From an uncultured Gemmatimonadales bacterium (GTDB lineage Bacteria > Gemmatimonadota > Gemmatimonadetes > Gemmatimonadales > GWC2-71-9): a stretch of 64,000 nt of DNA. A program made the translations under genes and the position numbers. Each line of letters begins with the position of its first letter. Position 1 is the first letter of the stretch. The stretch covers positions 160,001 through 224,000 of the forward strand of contig CAWGED010000005.1 of assembly GCA_963821525.1 (NCBI GenBank). The letters run 5' to 3'. Positions 1 through 10,642 of this stretch are shown here, in pieces. Under the pieces are notes generated by a model that was not told where the DNA came from, did no database searches, and saw only the letters and a list, made by a program, of their open reading frames with translations.

Positions 1-483
1 GGGGGCTGCGGCGATGATGGCCGCAGGCTGGTGTTCCCTGAGGGCATGAACGGCGGCGAGCAAGGTGGACCCAGTGGCCGCACCGTCATCGACGAGAAGG
101 ACCGTCATTCCTCTCAGGACCGGAAAGGGCCGGTCCATCCGATACTCCCGGTCCCCCAGAGCCAGCTTCTGTTGCTCTGCTCGGGTGACGGCCTCCACTG
201 CCTCCTTCGAGATGTTGAGGGCCTGGATCACGCCGGGGTTCAGAACTCGCGCGCCGCCACTGGCGATAGCTCCCATGGCAAACTCTTCGTGTCCCGGTAC
301 GCCCAGTTTGCGCACCAGAAACACGTCCAGCGGCGCCTCCAGCGCCTCGGCTACTTCGGCCGCTACCGGCACCCCGCCGCGCGGAAGGCCAAGAACCACC
401 AAATCGCTGCGTCCCGCGAGGTTCAGCAGTCGGTCCGCGAGTTGACGTCCCGCATCCTGGCGGTTGAAAAAGGGAAATGCCAT
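1..483 (-). CDS. Phosphoribosyltransferase family protein (3' end outside window)
   Basis: Read manually on the minus strand (not in the ORF track): MAFPFFNRQDAGRQLA...VVLGLPRGGVPVA...VRKLGVPGHEEFAMGAIA...TVLLVDDGAATGST; the last is the PRPP-binding motif. Confidence 0.9.
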   Translation of the reverse strand, partial: MAFPFFNRQDAGRQLADRLLNLAGRSDLVVLGLPRGGVPVAAEVAEALEAPLDVFLVRKLGVPGHEEFAMGAIASGGARVLNPGVIQALNISKEAVEAVTRAEQQKLALGDREYRMDRPFPVLRGMTVLLVDDGAATGSTLLAAVHALREHQPAAIIAAAP

Positions 484-583
484 AACCCACCTCAGCGGAT
501 ATCGACGGTTGGAAGATGGGATGCCGAGGATGAAACAACCGTGAGGAAACGCCGAATCGACCGTGATCTTCGGCGTGGCGGCC

Positions 584-2215
584 TCAAAGCGGGGGCCCTG
601 CCCGATTCCGAAGCCCCTCGTTCAGGCTGCGATCCTGACCGTAGATGTCGTCGTAGAACCAGGTCGTACCGTCGGGTCGAACTACTGCCGTGGTATAGAA
701 GATCGCCAGCTGAAGCGGGTGCCTGAGCCAGATCCGGCGCGTTTCGGGCCCATGGATGCCAAAGGCTGTGCTGTCGGGTTGCCAGCCCGGCTCGTCCCGC
801 ATGACCCAGTTGGCAAGCGCTGACGGATCTTCCACCCGGATGCAACCGTGGCTGAAGTCACGGCGGGTCCGGCTGAACAGTTCGGGAGACGGCGTTCCAT
901 GCAGGTAGACCAGGGCCGTATTGGGAAATCCGAACTTGATGAGCCCCAGTGGGTTGGTCGGGCCTGGCTGCTGTCGAATCTCGAGTTGGCCGCGCCGCAG
1001 CTGACGCAATACCTCGGGCGTCACTCGGTCTCCCAGAACCTTGCCTGCGCCGACCAACTCCATCCCATTGGCACTCAGGTAATCAGGTTTCCGCTCCAAT
1101 TGCGGCAGGATTTCCTCGACCGCGATTCGCCGCGGGACGTTCCAGTAGGGCCAGAACTCGACGTATCTGAGCTGTTCGAGCAGCACCGGGGTGCGCCGGT
1201 CAATCGCGCGACCGACGATCACCTTCATCTCCAGACTCGGCGTTCCACTCCGGCCCGCCGAGTCGAATCCGAAGAGCTCGAACGCGGGGATGTTCACCAC
1301 CAGGACTCGATCTCCTTCCAACGGTGGGAGCCAGCGCAAGCGCTCGAGGGCGAGTTCAATCTGCCGCACCCGCCACTGGAGTGGAGTCCGGAGACGGGCG
1401 AAAGTTGCAGGGCCGAGCACGCCGTCTGGCTTGAGACCGTGCCGGGTCTGAAAGCGTGTCACCGCCTCCACAATCGGTCCCAGGTACAAACTGTCCGGTG
1501 GTGTGTCGTTCACGGCGAGATCGCCGAATGCTATCAGCCGCCGAGTCAGGGCCGTGATTCCCGAATACGGATCCCCGGGGTGAACTGTGGTGGTAGCCTG
1601 GAGTGGAGGAAACACGGAGTCGGCCGCGAGTCGGCGATATCGCGCGAGGGCAGCGAGAAGGCTCCGGTACTGGACCAGTCGAGGCTGCAGTGCGGCGATG
1701 AGTCCAGGAAGGGTGTCGGCCTGGATCGCTTGGCCCAGGGCGGCGACGAGGTCGAGCTTCGCCGCCTCCGATCCGCGGGCTCCGAGAGGATTGGGATGGA
1801 GCCGGCCGCGGTGCAGGTCGTCGAGGTAGCGGAGCAGGTCGATGCTGAGGAGCAGGTCGAGTGAATCACGGGTGAGCTGCGCAAGGGAGCGTACTGAGGA
1901 CTCACCTTCCAGGCTGTCCAGCAAAGCGGCGTCGTAGTCCGCGGAGTCGAGTCCCCAGTCACCCGCGGTGCGCAGTTGGGCAATGGCGGCAGAAGCTGCG
2001 GGGGACAGTCGCGGACCATCGTGCCAGATCAGCCTGGAGCCGTTGATCAGGTAGAGCCGCGAAAGGTCGGCTGAGTACGAGCCGAAGTCGGGCCAGCGCG
2101 ACCAGGCATGGTGCCCGGTTGCGATCAGCGGGCCTACGGTGCCGACCGTGCTGTCCTGAGCGACCAGCGGCAGCGGTGCCAGCAGGAACGGGAGGATCAG
2201 AAGTGCCGGTTTCAT
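584..2215 (-). CDS. L,D-transpeptidase (YcbB/LdtD-like) with peptidoglycan-binding domain
   Basis: Signal peptide; FQTRHGLKPDGVLG PG-binding motif; VNIPAF, YLHGTP and FSHGCIR catalytic motifs. Confidence 0.92.
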   Translation of the reverse strand: MKPALLILPFLLAPLPLVAQDSTVGTVGPLIATGHHAWSRWPDFGSYSADLSRLYLINGSRLIWHDGPRLSPAASAAIAQLRTAGDWGLDSADYDAALLDSLEGESSVRSLAQLTRDSLDLLLSIDLLRYLDDLHRGRLHPNPLGARGSEAAKLDLVAALGQAIQADTLPGLIAALQPRLVQYRSLLAALARYRRLAADSVFPPLQATTTVHPGDPYSGITALTRRLIAFGDLAVNDTPPDSLYLGPIVEAVTRFQTRHGLKPDGVLGPATFARLRTPLQWRVRQIELALERLRWLPPLEGDRVLVVNIPAFELFGFDSAGRSGTPSLEMKVIVGRAIDRRTPVLLEQLRYVEFWPYWNVPRRIAVEEILPQLERKPDYLSANGMELVGAGKVLGDRVTPEVLRQLRRGQLEIRQQPGPTNPLGLIKFGFPNTALVYLHGTPSPELFSRTRRDFSHGCIRVEDPSALANWVMRDEPGWQPDSTAFGIHGPETRRIWLRHPLQLAIFYTTAVVRPDGTTWFYDDIYGQDRSLNEGLRNRAGPPL

Positions 2216-2414
2216 AGCCTGCGGCAGAGTATGCCTCGCAACATAAAGCCGACGTGGAGGAGAGCTGAGGACTTCTTCAGATCAGGTGAGGCTGTCGGCA
2301 CGGGGTGTGGGGAAGATCCTCTCGATGTACCTTGTGGCGGGGCTTCCATTGCTCAACCTGGGGAAACGGTTAGGGACATAGATGTGAAACGTTTGTTGAC
2401 CACGAGGCCTCGAG

Positions 2415-4202
2415 ATGCGGCCTCTTGAAATCCTGCTGTCGCTTGCCAATCTGCTGACCTTCCTCGCGCTGGTTGTCCCACGGCTCCGCGCGGTGCCGTG
2501 GGTCCGGTTCGCCGCGCCGGCGTCGGTGCTATTCTGTGTGCTGCAGGTGGTACTGGAGGGACCGCGCTGGCAGATGGTTCCGGCCTACCTGCTCAGTGCA
2601 CTGGTGTTCCTCGGGTGGCCGCTGAGCCCGAGAGAGGGCGCCACGGCTAAAGCGCCGAGTCTGGCCCATTGGTTCGCGGCTGGTACAGGAACATTGGTCG
2701 GGCTGGTGTGGTTGTCGGCTTCCATCGCCCTGCCCCTGCTGGTTCCCATCTTCCGCTTCCCCCATCCGACCGGTCCGTTTGGGATCGGGACAATGACTTA
2801 CCATTGGGTCGATTCGGCCCGCGCCGAAGTTTTCACGGCCGATCCTACCGACCGCCGCGAAGTGATGGTGCAGATCTGGTATCCGGCACCGGCGACTGCA
2901 TCGGGGCGCCACGCCTCCTACGTGGTGCACCCTCAGGTACTCGCTCCTCTGGCCAAGCTGTTTCACCTGCCTGGCTTCGCGTTTGGATACCTCAAGTACG
3001 TCAGCACCAATGCCATCTCCGGGGCGGATGCGGCGGAGGGGTCGTTTCCTGTGCTGCTCTTTTCACACGGCCGCGGTGGTTTTCGCCAGCATAACACCGC
3101 GAATGTGGAGGAGCTGGTCTCGCACGGCTACGTCGTCGCGACGATCGATCATCCGTATGCGGCGAGCGGCGTCGTGTTCCCCGACGGACGACTCGCGAAA
3201 TTCGACCCTCGCATGTTCGATCCAGACCATCCGGGACATCCGGCATTCATCGACAGCATTATCCCGTTCCTGGCCCAGGACGCGATCTTCACCCTGGACC
3301 GGCTCGCGAACCTCAACCGGCTGGATCCGAGGGGAATCCTGACCGGTCGGTTGGACCTGCAGCACGCCGGCATGTTCGGCGTCTCGCTGGGCGGGGCCAC
3401 GACTGCCGAGGCGTGCCTGCGCGAGCTGCGGCTCAAGGCGTGTCTCATGATGGATGTCTTCATGCCGGCCAATGTGGTTAAGAGCGGCCTTACCCAACCC
3501 GCGATGTGGATCAGCCGTGATAGTGCGAGCATGCGGCTGGAAGGGTGGGGGCAAGGAGACATCGACGAGACCCAGCACACCATGCGAGCGGTGTTCGACC
3601 GGCTGCCGGGAGACGGCTACCTGGTGCTGATACCGGGCATGTTTCATCCCAACTTCTCGGATTTTCCGCTTTTTTCACCGGTGACCCGGTGGCTTCATCT
3701 GGTGGGTCCGATCGATGGGCGCCGTGGGCTCACTATCGTAAGCGCGTTTGAGGTGGCGTTCTTCGATCGGGAGTTGAAGGGGCAGGAGACGGTATTGCTG
3801 GATCGTCCCGCGGAGCGATTTCCGGAGGTGGTGTTCGAGGCGCGCCGCGCCGTGCTGGCTCAGCTGCTGGTCCGACCGAAAGTGCCAGGCGTCCGACCCT
3901 TGTGTACCGGTGTACGACGGCTGACTATGATTGCAGGAACGTCAGCTGAAGGCACCCCGACGCAATGCGGAGGACGCCCATGTCCGGCAACTATCAGCGC
4001 GCCTGCAACGAGGCGATCCGCTCGCCGGAGCGATTCTGGGGCCGCGCCGCCGAGGCGATCCAGTGGTACCGGCCCTGGGAGCACGTACTGGACCCGTCCA
4101 ACGCCCCTTTCTATAAGTGGTTCACCGGCGGCGAGCTCAACACCTGCTACAATGCCATCGACTTCCACGTCGAGCATGGGCGCTCCGATCAGCTGGCTCT
4201 GA
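2415..4202 (+). CDS. Membrane-anchored alpha/beta hydrolase (PAF-acetylhydrolase-like)
   Basis: N-terminal TM helices, IWYPA, FSHG, GVSLGG nucleophile elbow, HPNFSD. Homology appears to end near 3850; the extension overlapping prpE is probably a lost stop or indel. Confidence 0.8.
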   Translation: MRPLEILLSLANLLTFLALVVPRLRAVPWVRFAAPASVLFCVLQVVLEGPRWQMVPAYLLSALVFLGWPLSPREGATAKAPSLAHWFAAGTGTLVGLVWLSASIALPLLVPIFRFPHPTGPFGIGTMTYHWVDSARAEVFTADPTDRREVMVQIWYPAPATASGRHASYVVHPQVLAPLAKLFHLPGFAFGYLKYVSTNAISGADAAEGSFPVLLFSHGRGGFRQHNTANVEELVSHGYVVATIDHPYAASGVVFPDGRLAKFDPRMFDPDHPGHPAFIDSIIPFLAQDAIFTLDRLANLNRLDPRGILTGRLDLQHAGMFGVSLGGATTAEACLRELRLKACLMMDVFMPANVVKSGLTQPAMWISRDSASMRLEGWGQGDIDETQHTMRAVFDRLPGDGYLVLIPGMFHPNFSDFPLFSPVTRWLHLVGPIDGRRGLTIVSAFEVAFFDRELKGQETVLLDRPAERFPEVVFEARRAVLAQLLVRPKVPGVRPLCTGVRRLTMIAGTSAEGTPTQCGGRPCPATISAPATRRSARRSDSGAAPPRRSSGTGPGSTYWTRPTPLSISGSPAASSTPATMPSTSTSSMGAPISWL

Positions 4203-5899
4203 TCTACGACAGCCCGGTCACCGGCACGCTCCGCACCTTCACCTATGGTCAGCTGCTGGAAGAGGTCGCCCGCTTCGCGGGCGTGCTAGCCTCGCTGGGG
4301 GTTGCCAAAGGCGATAGGGTGATCATCTACATGCCGATGGTGCCCGAGGCGCTCATCGCCATGTACGCCTGCGCCAGGATTGGGGCGATCCACTCGGTCG
4401 TGTTCGGCGGCTTCGCGTCCCACGAGCTGGCGGTGCGGATCGAAGACGCTGCGCCGAAGGTAGTAGTCTCCGCGTCCTGCGGGATCGAGATTAAGCGGAT
4501 CGTCGAGTACAAGCCGCTGCTCGACCGCGCGCTCGCGATCTCCCGGCATCAGCCGGATTACTGCGTCACCCTGCAGCGGCCGGAGCATCGCTGCGCCGTG
4601 TTCCCCCCTCGCGACCTGGACTGGCACGAGCTCATGGCCTCGGCACGCCCGGCTGGTTGGGTTCCCGTGGCCGCGACCGACCCGCTCTATATCCTCTATA
4701 CATCCGGCACCACCGGCATGCCCAAAGGTGTGGTGCGCGACAACGGGGGACACGCGGTCGCGCTCAAGTGGTCGATGGAGCACGTCTATGGGGTTCGCCC
4801 CGGCGAGGTGTTCTGGGCCGCGTCGGACATCGGGTGGGTCGTGGGTCATTCCTACATCGTGTACGGGCCGCTGCTCCACGGATGTACCACCGTCATGTAT
4901 GAGGGCAAACCGGTCGGCACGCCGGATCCGGGAGAGTTTTGGCGGGTCATCGAGCAGCATGGCGTGCGGGTGCTGTTCACCGCGCCCACGGCCATCCGGG
5001 CGATCAAACGGGAAGATCCCGACGGCGAATTCTTCCGGAAGCACGACGTCTCCGGCCTGCGCACGCTCTTTCTCGCCGGCGAGCGACTCGACCCCGACAC
5101 CTATCACTGGGCCCGTGGTCTGCTGGAGCGGCCGGTGATTGACCACTGGTGGCAGACCGAGACTGGCTGGCCGGTCGCGGCCAACTGCATGGGCCTCGAG
5201 CCGCTGCCGGTCAAGCCCGGCTCGCCCACCAAGCCGGTCCCGGGGTACGTGGTCGAGATTCTGGATGACGAAGGCAAGCCCGTGCCGCCGAACCGCGATG
5301 GAGCGGTGGCAATCCGGCTGCCGCTGCCACCCGGCACTATGCCGACCTTGTGGCAGAACGACGAGCGATTCCGCGACACCTATCTCACGCGGTACCCCGG
5401 CTACTATCTGACCGGCGACGGCGGCTACATCGACGAGGACGGGTATCTCTTCATCATGGGCCGGATCGACGACGTCATCATCGTGGCGGGGCACAATCTC
5501 TCGACCGGAAGCATCGAGCAGGCGCTCGCCAGCCATCCCGACGTCGCCGAGTGTGCGGTATTCGGGGTGAAGGATCCACTCAAGACCCAGCTGCCGGTCG
5601 GGTTGGTGGTGCTCAAGGCTGGCGTGCGCCGGGAACCGGCGGTGATCGTCGAGGAGCTAATCCGAATCGTGCGGGAACAGGTGGGCCCGGTCGCGAGCTT
5701 CAAGCAGGTCAGCGTTGTCTCCCGGCTTCCCAAGACTCGCTCGGGCAAAGTGCTCCGCGGTACGATGCGGCAGATTGCAGACGGGGAGCCGTACCGAGTG
5801 CCGCCGACGATCGACGACCCGGCGACGCTCGAGGAGGTGAGATGGGCGCTGGAGCGGCTCGGGTATGCGAGACAGTCGCCGGCAGTGATTGGGGGCTGA
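3980..5899 (+). CDS. prpE: Propionyl-CoA synthetase (acyl-CoA ligase)
   Basis: YILYTSGTTGMPKG AMP-binding motif, DHWWQTETGW, LPKTRSGK. Confidence 0.9.
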   Translation: MSGNYQRACNEAIRSPERFWGRAAEAIQWYRPWEHVLDPSNAPFYKWFTGGELNTCYNAIDFHVEHGRSDQLALIYDSPVTGTLRTFTYGQLLEEVARFAGVLASLGVAKGDRVIIYMPMVPEALIAMYACARIGAIHSVVFGGFASHELAVRIEDAAPKVVVSASCGIEIKRIVEYKPLLDRALAISRHQPDYCVTLQRPEHRCAVFPPRDLDWHELMASARPAGWVPVAATDPLYILYTSGTTGMPKGVVRDNGGHAVALKWSMEHVYGVRPGEVFWAASDIGWVVGHSYIVYGPLLHGCTTVMYEGKPVGTPDPGEFWRVIEQHGVRVLFTAPTAIRAIKREDPDGEFFRKHDVSGLRTLFLAGERLDPDTYHWARGLLERPVIDHWWQTETGWPVAANCMGLEPLPVKPGSPTKPVPGYVVEILDDEGKPVPPNRDGAVAIRLPLPPGTMPTLWQNDERFRDTYLTRYPGYYLTGDGGYIDEDGYLFIMGRIDDVIIVAGHNLSTGSIEQALASHPDVAECAVFGVKDPLKTQLPVGLVVLKAGVRREPAVIVEELIRIVREQVGPVASFKQVSVVSRLPKTRSGKVLRGTMRQIADGEPYRVPPTIDDPATLEEVRWALERLGYARQSPAVIGG

Positions 5900-5972
5900 G
5901 TGTGATGGGAGTAACTGCGGCTCGCACCCTCCGGTAAGGGTGGCGGGGTCTTACCAGGATCGTCACTGCAAC

Positions 5973-6002
5973 CCCGGCGCGCAGGTCACGCGACCTCTTG
6001 CT
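5973..6002 (-). repeat. Possible degenerate copy of tRNA-Arg(CCG) 3' half (old att site)
   Basis: CCCGGCGCG (5973-5981) and CGCGACCTCTTGCT (5989-6002) match 10647-10655 and 10665-10678 in the same order. Confidence 0.45.
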
Positions 6003-6045
6003 ACTTTGGCGCCGTGGAGTAGGAAGAAGCTTTGCTGTGGCTGGT

Positions 6046-8325
6046 TCAGCCGAGTCCCAGCTTCTCCGCCAACGCATCGTACCTCGGGTCCGATTGCAGG
6101 GCCTCGCACCATGGGGCCACTTTGAGGAACATCAGGCCCGGATCCCGCAAACTGAGGGCCCGCTCCAGCTTTTCGAATGCCCGATCCTTCTCGCCCTAGC
6201 GTCGGTGAACAGGAGCTGCCGATCAGTGAAAGGCCCACCGGTCTTCGCTTGCCAGCTTGGAGTCAAGCTCCCACAGGATCCCGCGGGCCTCCTCTCTGCT
6301 TCCCCGCCGCGGCGCAGGCGTATCCCCAACATCAGCTTCCTCACAGTGCGGGGCCCAGGGCTGCTCGGCCCCCCCTCCGGATATCGGCAATCGCCTGCCT
6401 CGTATGCTCCCCTTCGCGACATAGGCCCCACCAGAGCACCAGGCGAGCGCCCAGGAAGTCGGGGTCGATCACCAGCGCCTTCCGCAACTCCTCGATCGGC
6501 TTCGTCGTAGTGGCGGCTCGAAAATAGAGCACCCAGTCCGGCGGCGCGGTTCACCGGGGACGGAGAGCGGGTCGAGCTGCTGGGCCTTCTGGATCTCCGC
6601 GAGCGCTTCCTCGTGGCGGCCGAGCGCCGCCAGATACTCGGCGTACCACTCGCGAGCCATGACGTAATTCGAGTTGAGCTCGATTGCGCGCCTGAACTCC
6701 CGCTCGGCCCCCGACCAGTCCAGGTCTCCCAGCCAACGGGCATAGGCCAGAGAGGTGTGCGCTTCGGCGAGGGTGTCGTCCATCTCCAGTGCCTTCACCG
6801 CCTGGGCCTTCGCCTGCGCCAGGTACTCAGCTGAGGGGCTTCGAGCCGAGCCCGATGGCTGAGCAGCTCGTAGGCGTCGGCCAGACCAGCGTAAGCGAGG
6901 GCGTAGTGGGGGATCCTTTGCAATGGCTAACTGGAAATAGTCGATCCGCCTTCTGCACGTTTGCTTCGGACCATTTGTTGGCATGATGGCGGCCAAGGAG
7001 GTAGAGATTGTATGCGTCGCCGCTGCCGGTCGGTTTTTCTCGACCCGCTGCTTCTGCTGCGGGGGATAAGGGCCACCAAGAAAGCGCCCCGGAAATCCGT
7101 TCCGCCACCTCGCTCTGTACCTCGAACACGTCGGCCAGCTGGCGATCGAAGGTGTCGCCCCACAGGTGCTGCTCGGTCTGCGGGTTGATCAGGTCGGCGA
7201 CGATCCGCACGCGCGTCCCGGCCCTGCGGACGCTGCCTTCGAGAATCGCCCCCACCCCAAGCTCCCCCGCAATCGCGGTAAGCGTCTTGGTCGTGTTTTG
7301 TACCGCATCGAGGAGGTGCGGGAGATGACCTTGAGCGCGCTGATCTTGGAGAGCTGAAGCGATGATGTCGCCGGTGATCCCGTCGGCGAAGTACTCATTC
7401 TCCGGGTCGGTGCTCATGTTCTCGAAGGGCAGGACCGCGACTGATTTCGGGGCGGTGACTTCCCGCACCATAGCCTGCGCCGCCCCCATGGCGATGGCCG
7501 CGGTCGCGGAGGTGCCGAGCGCCTCGGCGAACAGGGCGGCTGTCGAGTACCGATCGGCCGGCAGACTGGCCATGCCCTTCCTGACCGCCGCATCGACCGC
7601 TTCGGGCACCAGTTCGCGGAATGCACGCGGCGACGGTACTGGGGTGGTCAGCCGGTTCGCGATGATCGCCGTGATGGTGGATCCGGGGAACGGCTGCTCG
7701 CCCACCAGCATTTCGAAAAGGACACAGCTCAGGCTGCAGATGTCGCTCCGTCCGTCGATGTAGGCGCTGCCATCAATCTGCTCCGGGCTCATGTAGGCCG
7801 GGGGGCCGATTATCTGCTGGGTCAAGGTCTCGTCCCCGCCGATGGCTCGGGCGATGCCGAAGTCCGCCACCAGGGCATGACCTCCCTCCAGCAGGATGTT
7901 GGCCGGCTTGATGTCCCGGTGGATCACGTTGGAGCTGTGCGCGTAGCTCAACGCATCCGCCACCTCGCACGCGATCTGAAGCGCGTCATCGATCGGGAGC
8001 TGGCGTTCCCGGGCAAGGCGATCGCGCAGGGTCTCCCCCGTGATGTAGGGCATGACGTAGTAGACCAGGCCACCAGCCTGATCCGAGTCGTAGAGCGGCA
8101 GGATGTGAGGGTGATGGAGACGAGCCGCGATTTGAATCTCGCGCAGGAACCGGCTTGCTCCCACCTCTCTGGCCAGGTCGGGGCGGAGCACCTTTACGGC
8201 GACGCGCGGTCATACTTGACGTCGTGGGCCAGGAAGACCTTCGCCATCCCGCCCTCCCCCAGTTGGCGCTCGATACAGTAGCGAGGAGCCAGCGCGACGC
8301 CGAGGCGTTCCAATGACTCCGTCAC
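6046..8325 (-). CDS. Ser/Thr protein kinase with TolB-like and TPR domains (several frameshifts)
   Basis: Joined from fragments: LGEGGMAKVF, VAVKVL, HRDIKPANIL, DFGIA, AYMSPEQ, SVAVLPFENM, TPR repeats, C-terminal LQSDPRYDAL; GTG at 8325, TGA at 6046. Confidence 0.85.
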
Positions 8326-9100
8326 AATGCGCCTTTCCTCTCAGACGTGCCACATCCGATGAACAGGCTCGTCCGTGACTTCAACGAGTCGGCAAGGACG
8401 CTGGGCGACTCCGCCGCACTTGTCGTGTTCCACGCACGAGCAGGTAGCGGCAGCGGAGCGCTGTCAGCGAGTCGAGCAAATAGTGAAAGGGGGACGAACT
8501 TCAGGCACCTCGAATATACCCTGGCGTACGGGTGCCTGACAGGTGCGAGCGCTGGTTAAACAGCGGATGGCTATGGCTGGTTCGTCCAGGTGGAGCCGTA
8601 AGCGAAGACCGGCGAACGATGTCACCGGAACCGGAGCGGTGCTCCCTGGGACGAGTAAGTACACGTCCTGGGGCTGAGATGGGGTGTCGCCTTACTGTAA
8701 TGCCCCAACGGCCTCGAGCTAGCGTCGCGGCACCGCTCCGCCTGGCCTTCATTCGCGCCAACAGACTCCAGCCCGTCTGTAGGTCCGCGGCTGACAGGGC
8801 TGCCCGCACTTTGACCTGCGCGATCCTCGGCTGCCGGCTGATTATCGGGGTTCAGGGGAATGGTACAATTGTTCCCAACTGCCATACCGCACGACGCGGA
8901 GAGAATCGCCGGAATCCTCAGACTACCTCCGGAGTCATCGCAGGCGAGGCTTCAATAATGGATGACAGAGTCGAAACTGGGACCGGGCCGCCATGCGGAA
9001 CAGGCATGAGGTGCGGCCCCGGGAGTTTTTGGGGAAGGGCGAGGTGGGAGGTGGTTGTCTCGATCAACACTGGTGTGTCACACATCGAAGGAGAATCAAC

Positions 9101-9613
9101 ATGTCTATCGGATGGAAATCGCTGCGCGGATTCCTCGCGCTTACCTCACTCTCGATTCTCGGGAGCGCCTGTCAACAGGAGAGTGGGCTCACTGCGCCGG
9201 AGAATAACCCGGCCATGTTGAAAACCAATGCGGCGCTCGCAGCTGTGGGAAGCGTGAATGGCGCTGCAGGTCAGATGCCCGCGTTCTACGAGGGTGAATT
9301 ATTCACCGTCAATATGAAAGAGCTGTCCGCATCCGCCTCGATAATCGCGAAGAATAAGAACCTCAACGAAATCTACGCGACGAACGATTTGGATGACCCC
9401 CAGGATTTCTTTCCCGTAATCAATGCCATCCAGGGTGAAGGATTCAATCCCTTATGGCATCAGATCCTCATTGTTTTCAATCCGGGGTTTACCCCTCATC
9501 AGTTCGTCTCTGAAGACGAGGTTGAGGCGGCTGCCGCTGGTGCGAATCCCGAAATCACTCTGGTTGTAACCGACGAGGTGTATCGTTGTTCGGTGGTTGG
9601 TCGGAAGAACTAG
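9101..9613 (+). CDS. Putative lipoprotein of unknown function
   Basis: GAAGGAG RBS before ATG 9101; lipobox-like LGSAC; domain with FNPLW and C-terminal YRCSVV; AT-richer than flanks. Confidence 0.75.
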   Translation: MSIGWKSLRGFLALTSLSILGSACQQESGLTAPENNPAMLKTNAALAAVGSVNGAAGQMPAFYEGELFTVNMKELSASASIIAKNKNLNEIYATNDLDDPQDFFPVINAIQGEGFNPLWHQILIVFNPGFTPHQFVSEDEVEAAAAGANPEITLVVTDEVYRCSVVGRKN

Positions 9614-9638
9614 ACGGGCAAGTCGGAACCTCGGTCTA

Positions 9639-9684
9639 GGTCGTGGGTCATGGGATTTGGCTCTTGCTCCCATGGCTCACGACC
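9639..9684. terminator. Hairpin downstream of lipoprotein gene
   Basis: GGTCGTGGGTCATGGGA...TCCCATGGCTCACGACC inverted repeat (G-U pairs). Confidence 0.5.
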
Positions 9685-9818
9685 CCGAGTCGCTACCTTC
9701 ACCGAATCTGCTGCCGAAGAACCAAGTGGTGGGAGGAGTGGGGCGGTGTGCTGATCCGTCGTACGGACCAATTCTGCACAAGTAATCCGCACAACGGCGC
9801 GGGTGGATGGGCTAACTC

Positions 9819-9852
9819 CATGGGCCCGGCGCGATTCGAACGCGCGACCTCT
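9819..9852 (-). repeat. Exact 34-bp duplicate of tRNA-Arg(CCG) 3' end (att-like direct repeat)
   Basis: CATGGGCCCGGCGCGATTCGAACGCGCGACCTCT is identical to 10641-10674. Confidence 0.95.
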
Positions 9853-9986
9853 CCCTGACAAAATTGCGCACCCCTAACTGACTGCTGGGCATAGGCTTGC
9901 AGTCGTCCGGCTTTCGCGATCCTTTGTCAAGCCGGGTACCGGCCTGCAGGTTCGGGCTTCTGATTGTTTCTGCCATGGAGGGCATC

Positions 9987-10589
9987 ATGCGAGGCCATCT
10001 CTTGGTTGGCGTCCTGGTCCTGCTCTCACGCGGGTTGCTTGCCGCTCAGGAGCCGCCCCCGGCCTCGGCGCATGGCACCTGCTTTCGCGGGCGCCCCCAG
10101 TCCGAGTGCGATTCGTTCTTCCTCACGGAATGGTCCTGGGTCTTCCGAACCGCAGGAGTGGGCTCGATAAGTCCCAATGTGCAGGCGGGCAACTCGTACT
10201 GGACTTGGCAAGTCGGATGGATGAAGAACGTGAGCCGCCATTCCGCATTTGGAGCCACGTTTTTCCTCGGCGCGGAGCAGGACCGCACCGGGGGCTCTGA
10301 GACCATCGGCGTGAAGGCCCGGTTCCGGCGCTGGGTGGGCCCCAAGGCCGCGGTGGAAATCGGTGCGGGGCCGACGCTCGAGGGGTCGGCGATCGTGCAC
10401 GCGGCACTCGTGTATGGCGATTGGGTCGCGCTCGAGGCACAGGCGGAGCCGGGACAGAAGATCTTCGGCGAGCGTCACCTGGCTACCTACGTGGGCGTCC
10501 GCTTCGGATCTGTGCCGGGTTCCGTGCTGGGCATCGCGGCTCCGCTGACACTCCTCGCGGTCTTCCTGGCGACGTACGAGGCGGACTAG
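9987..10589 (+). CDS. Secreted hypothetical protein, possibly beta-strand-rich/outer membrane
   Basis: GGAGG RBS, signal peptide, CFRGRPQSEC Cys pair, alternating aromatic/Gly strands, hydrophobic C-terminus. Confidence 0.7.
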   Translation: MRGHLLVGVLVLLSRGLLAAQEPPPASAHGTCFRGRPQSECDSFFLTEWSWVFRTAGVGSISPNVQAGNSYWTWQVGWMKNVSRHSAFGATFFLGAEQDRTGGSETIGVKARFRRWVGPKAAVEIGAGPTLEGSAIVHAALVYGDWVALEAQAEPGQKIFGERHLATYVGVRFGSVPGSVLGIAAPLTLLAVFLATYEAD

Positions 10590-10596
10590 GTCATGA

Positions 10597-10633
10597 GAAA
10601 GCCCCGCACGTCAACCTGACGGCGGGGCTTTGT
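10597..10633. terminator. Bidirectional intrinsic terminator between cassette gene and tRNA-Arg
   Basis: AAAGCCCCGC...GCGGGGCTTT. Confidence 0.7.
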
Positions 10634-10642
10634 CTTGCCTCA

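Noticed and set aside
2415..4202. Hydrolase-prpE overlap or fusion
   Set aside because: Different frames, and the extension is low-complexity; likely a missing stop from an indel near 3850.
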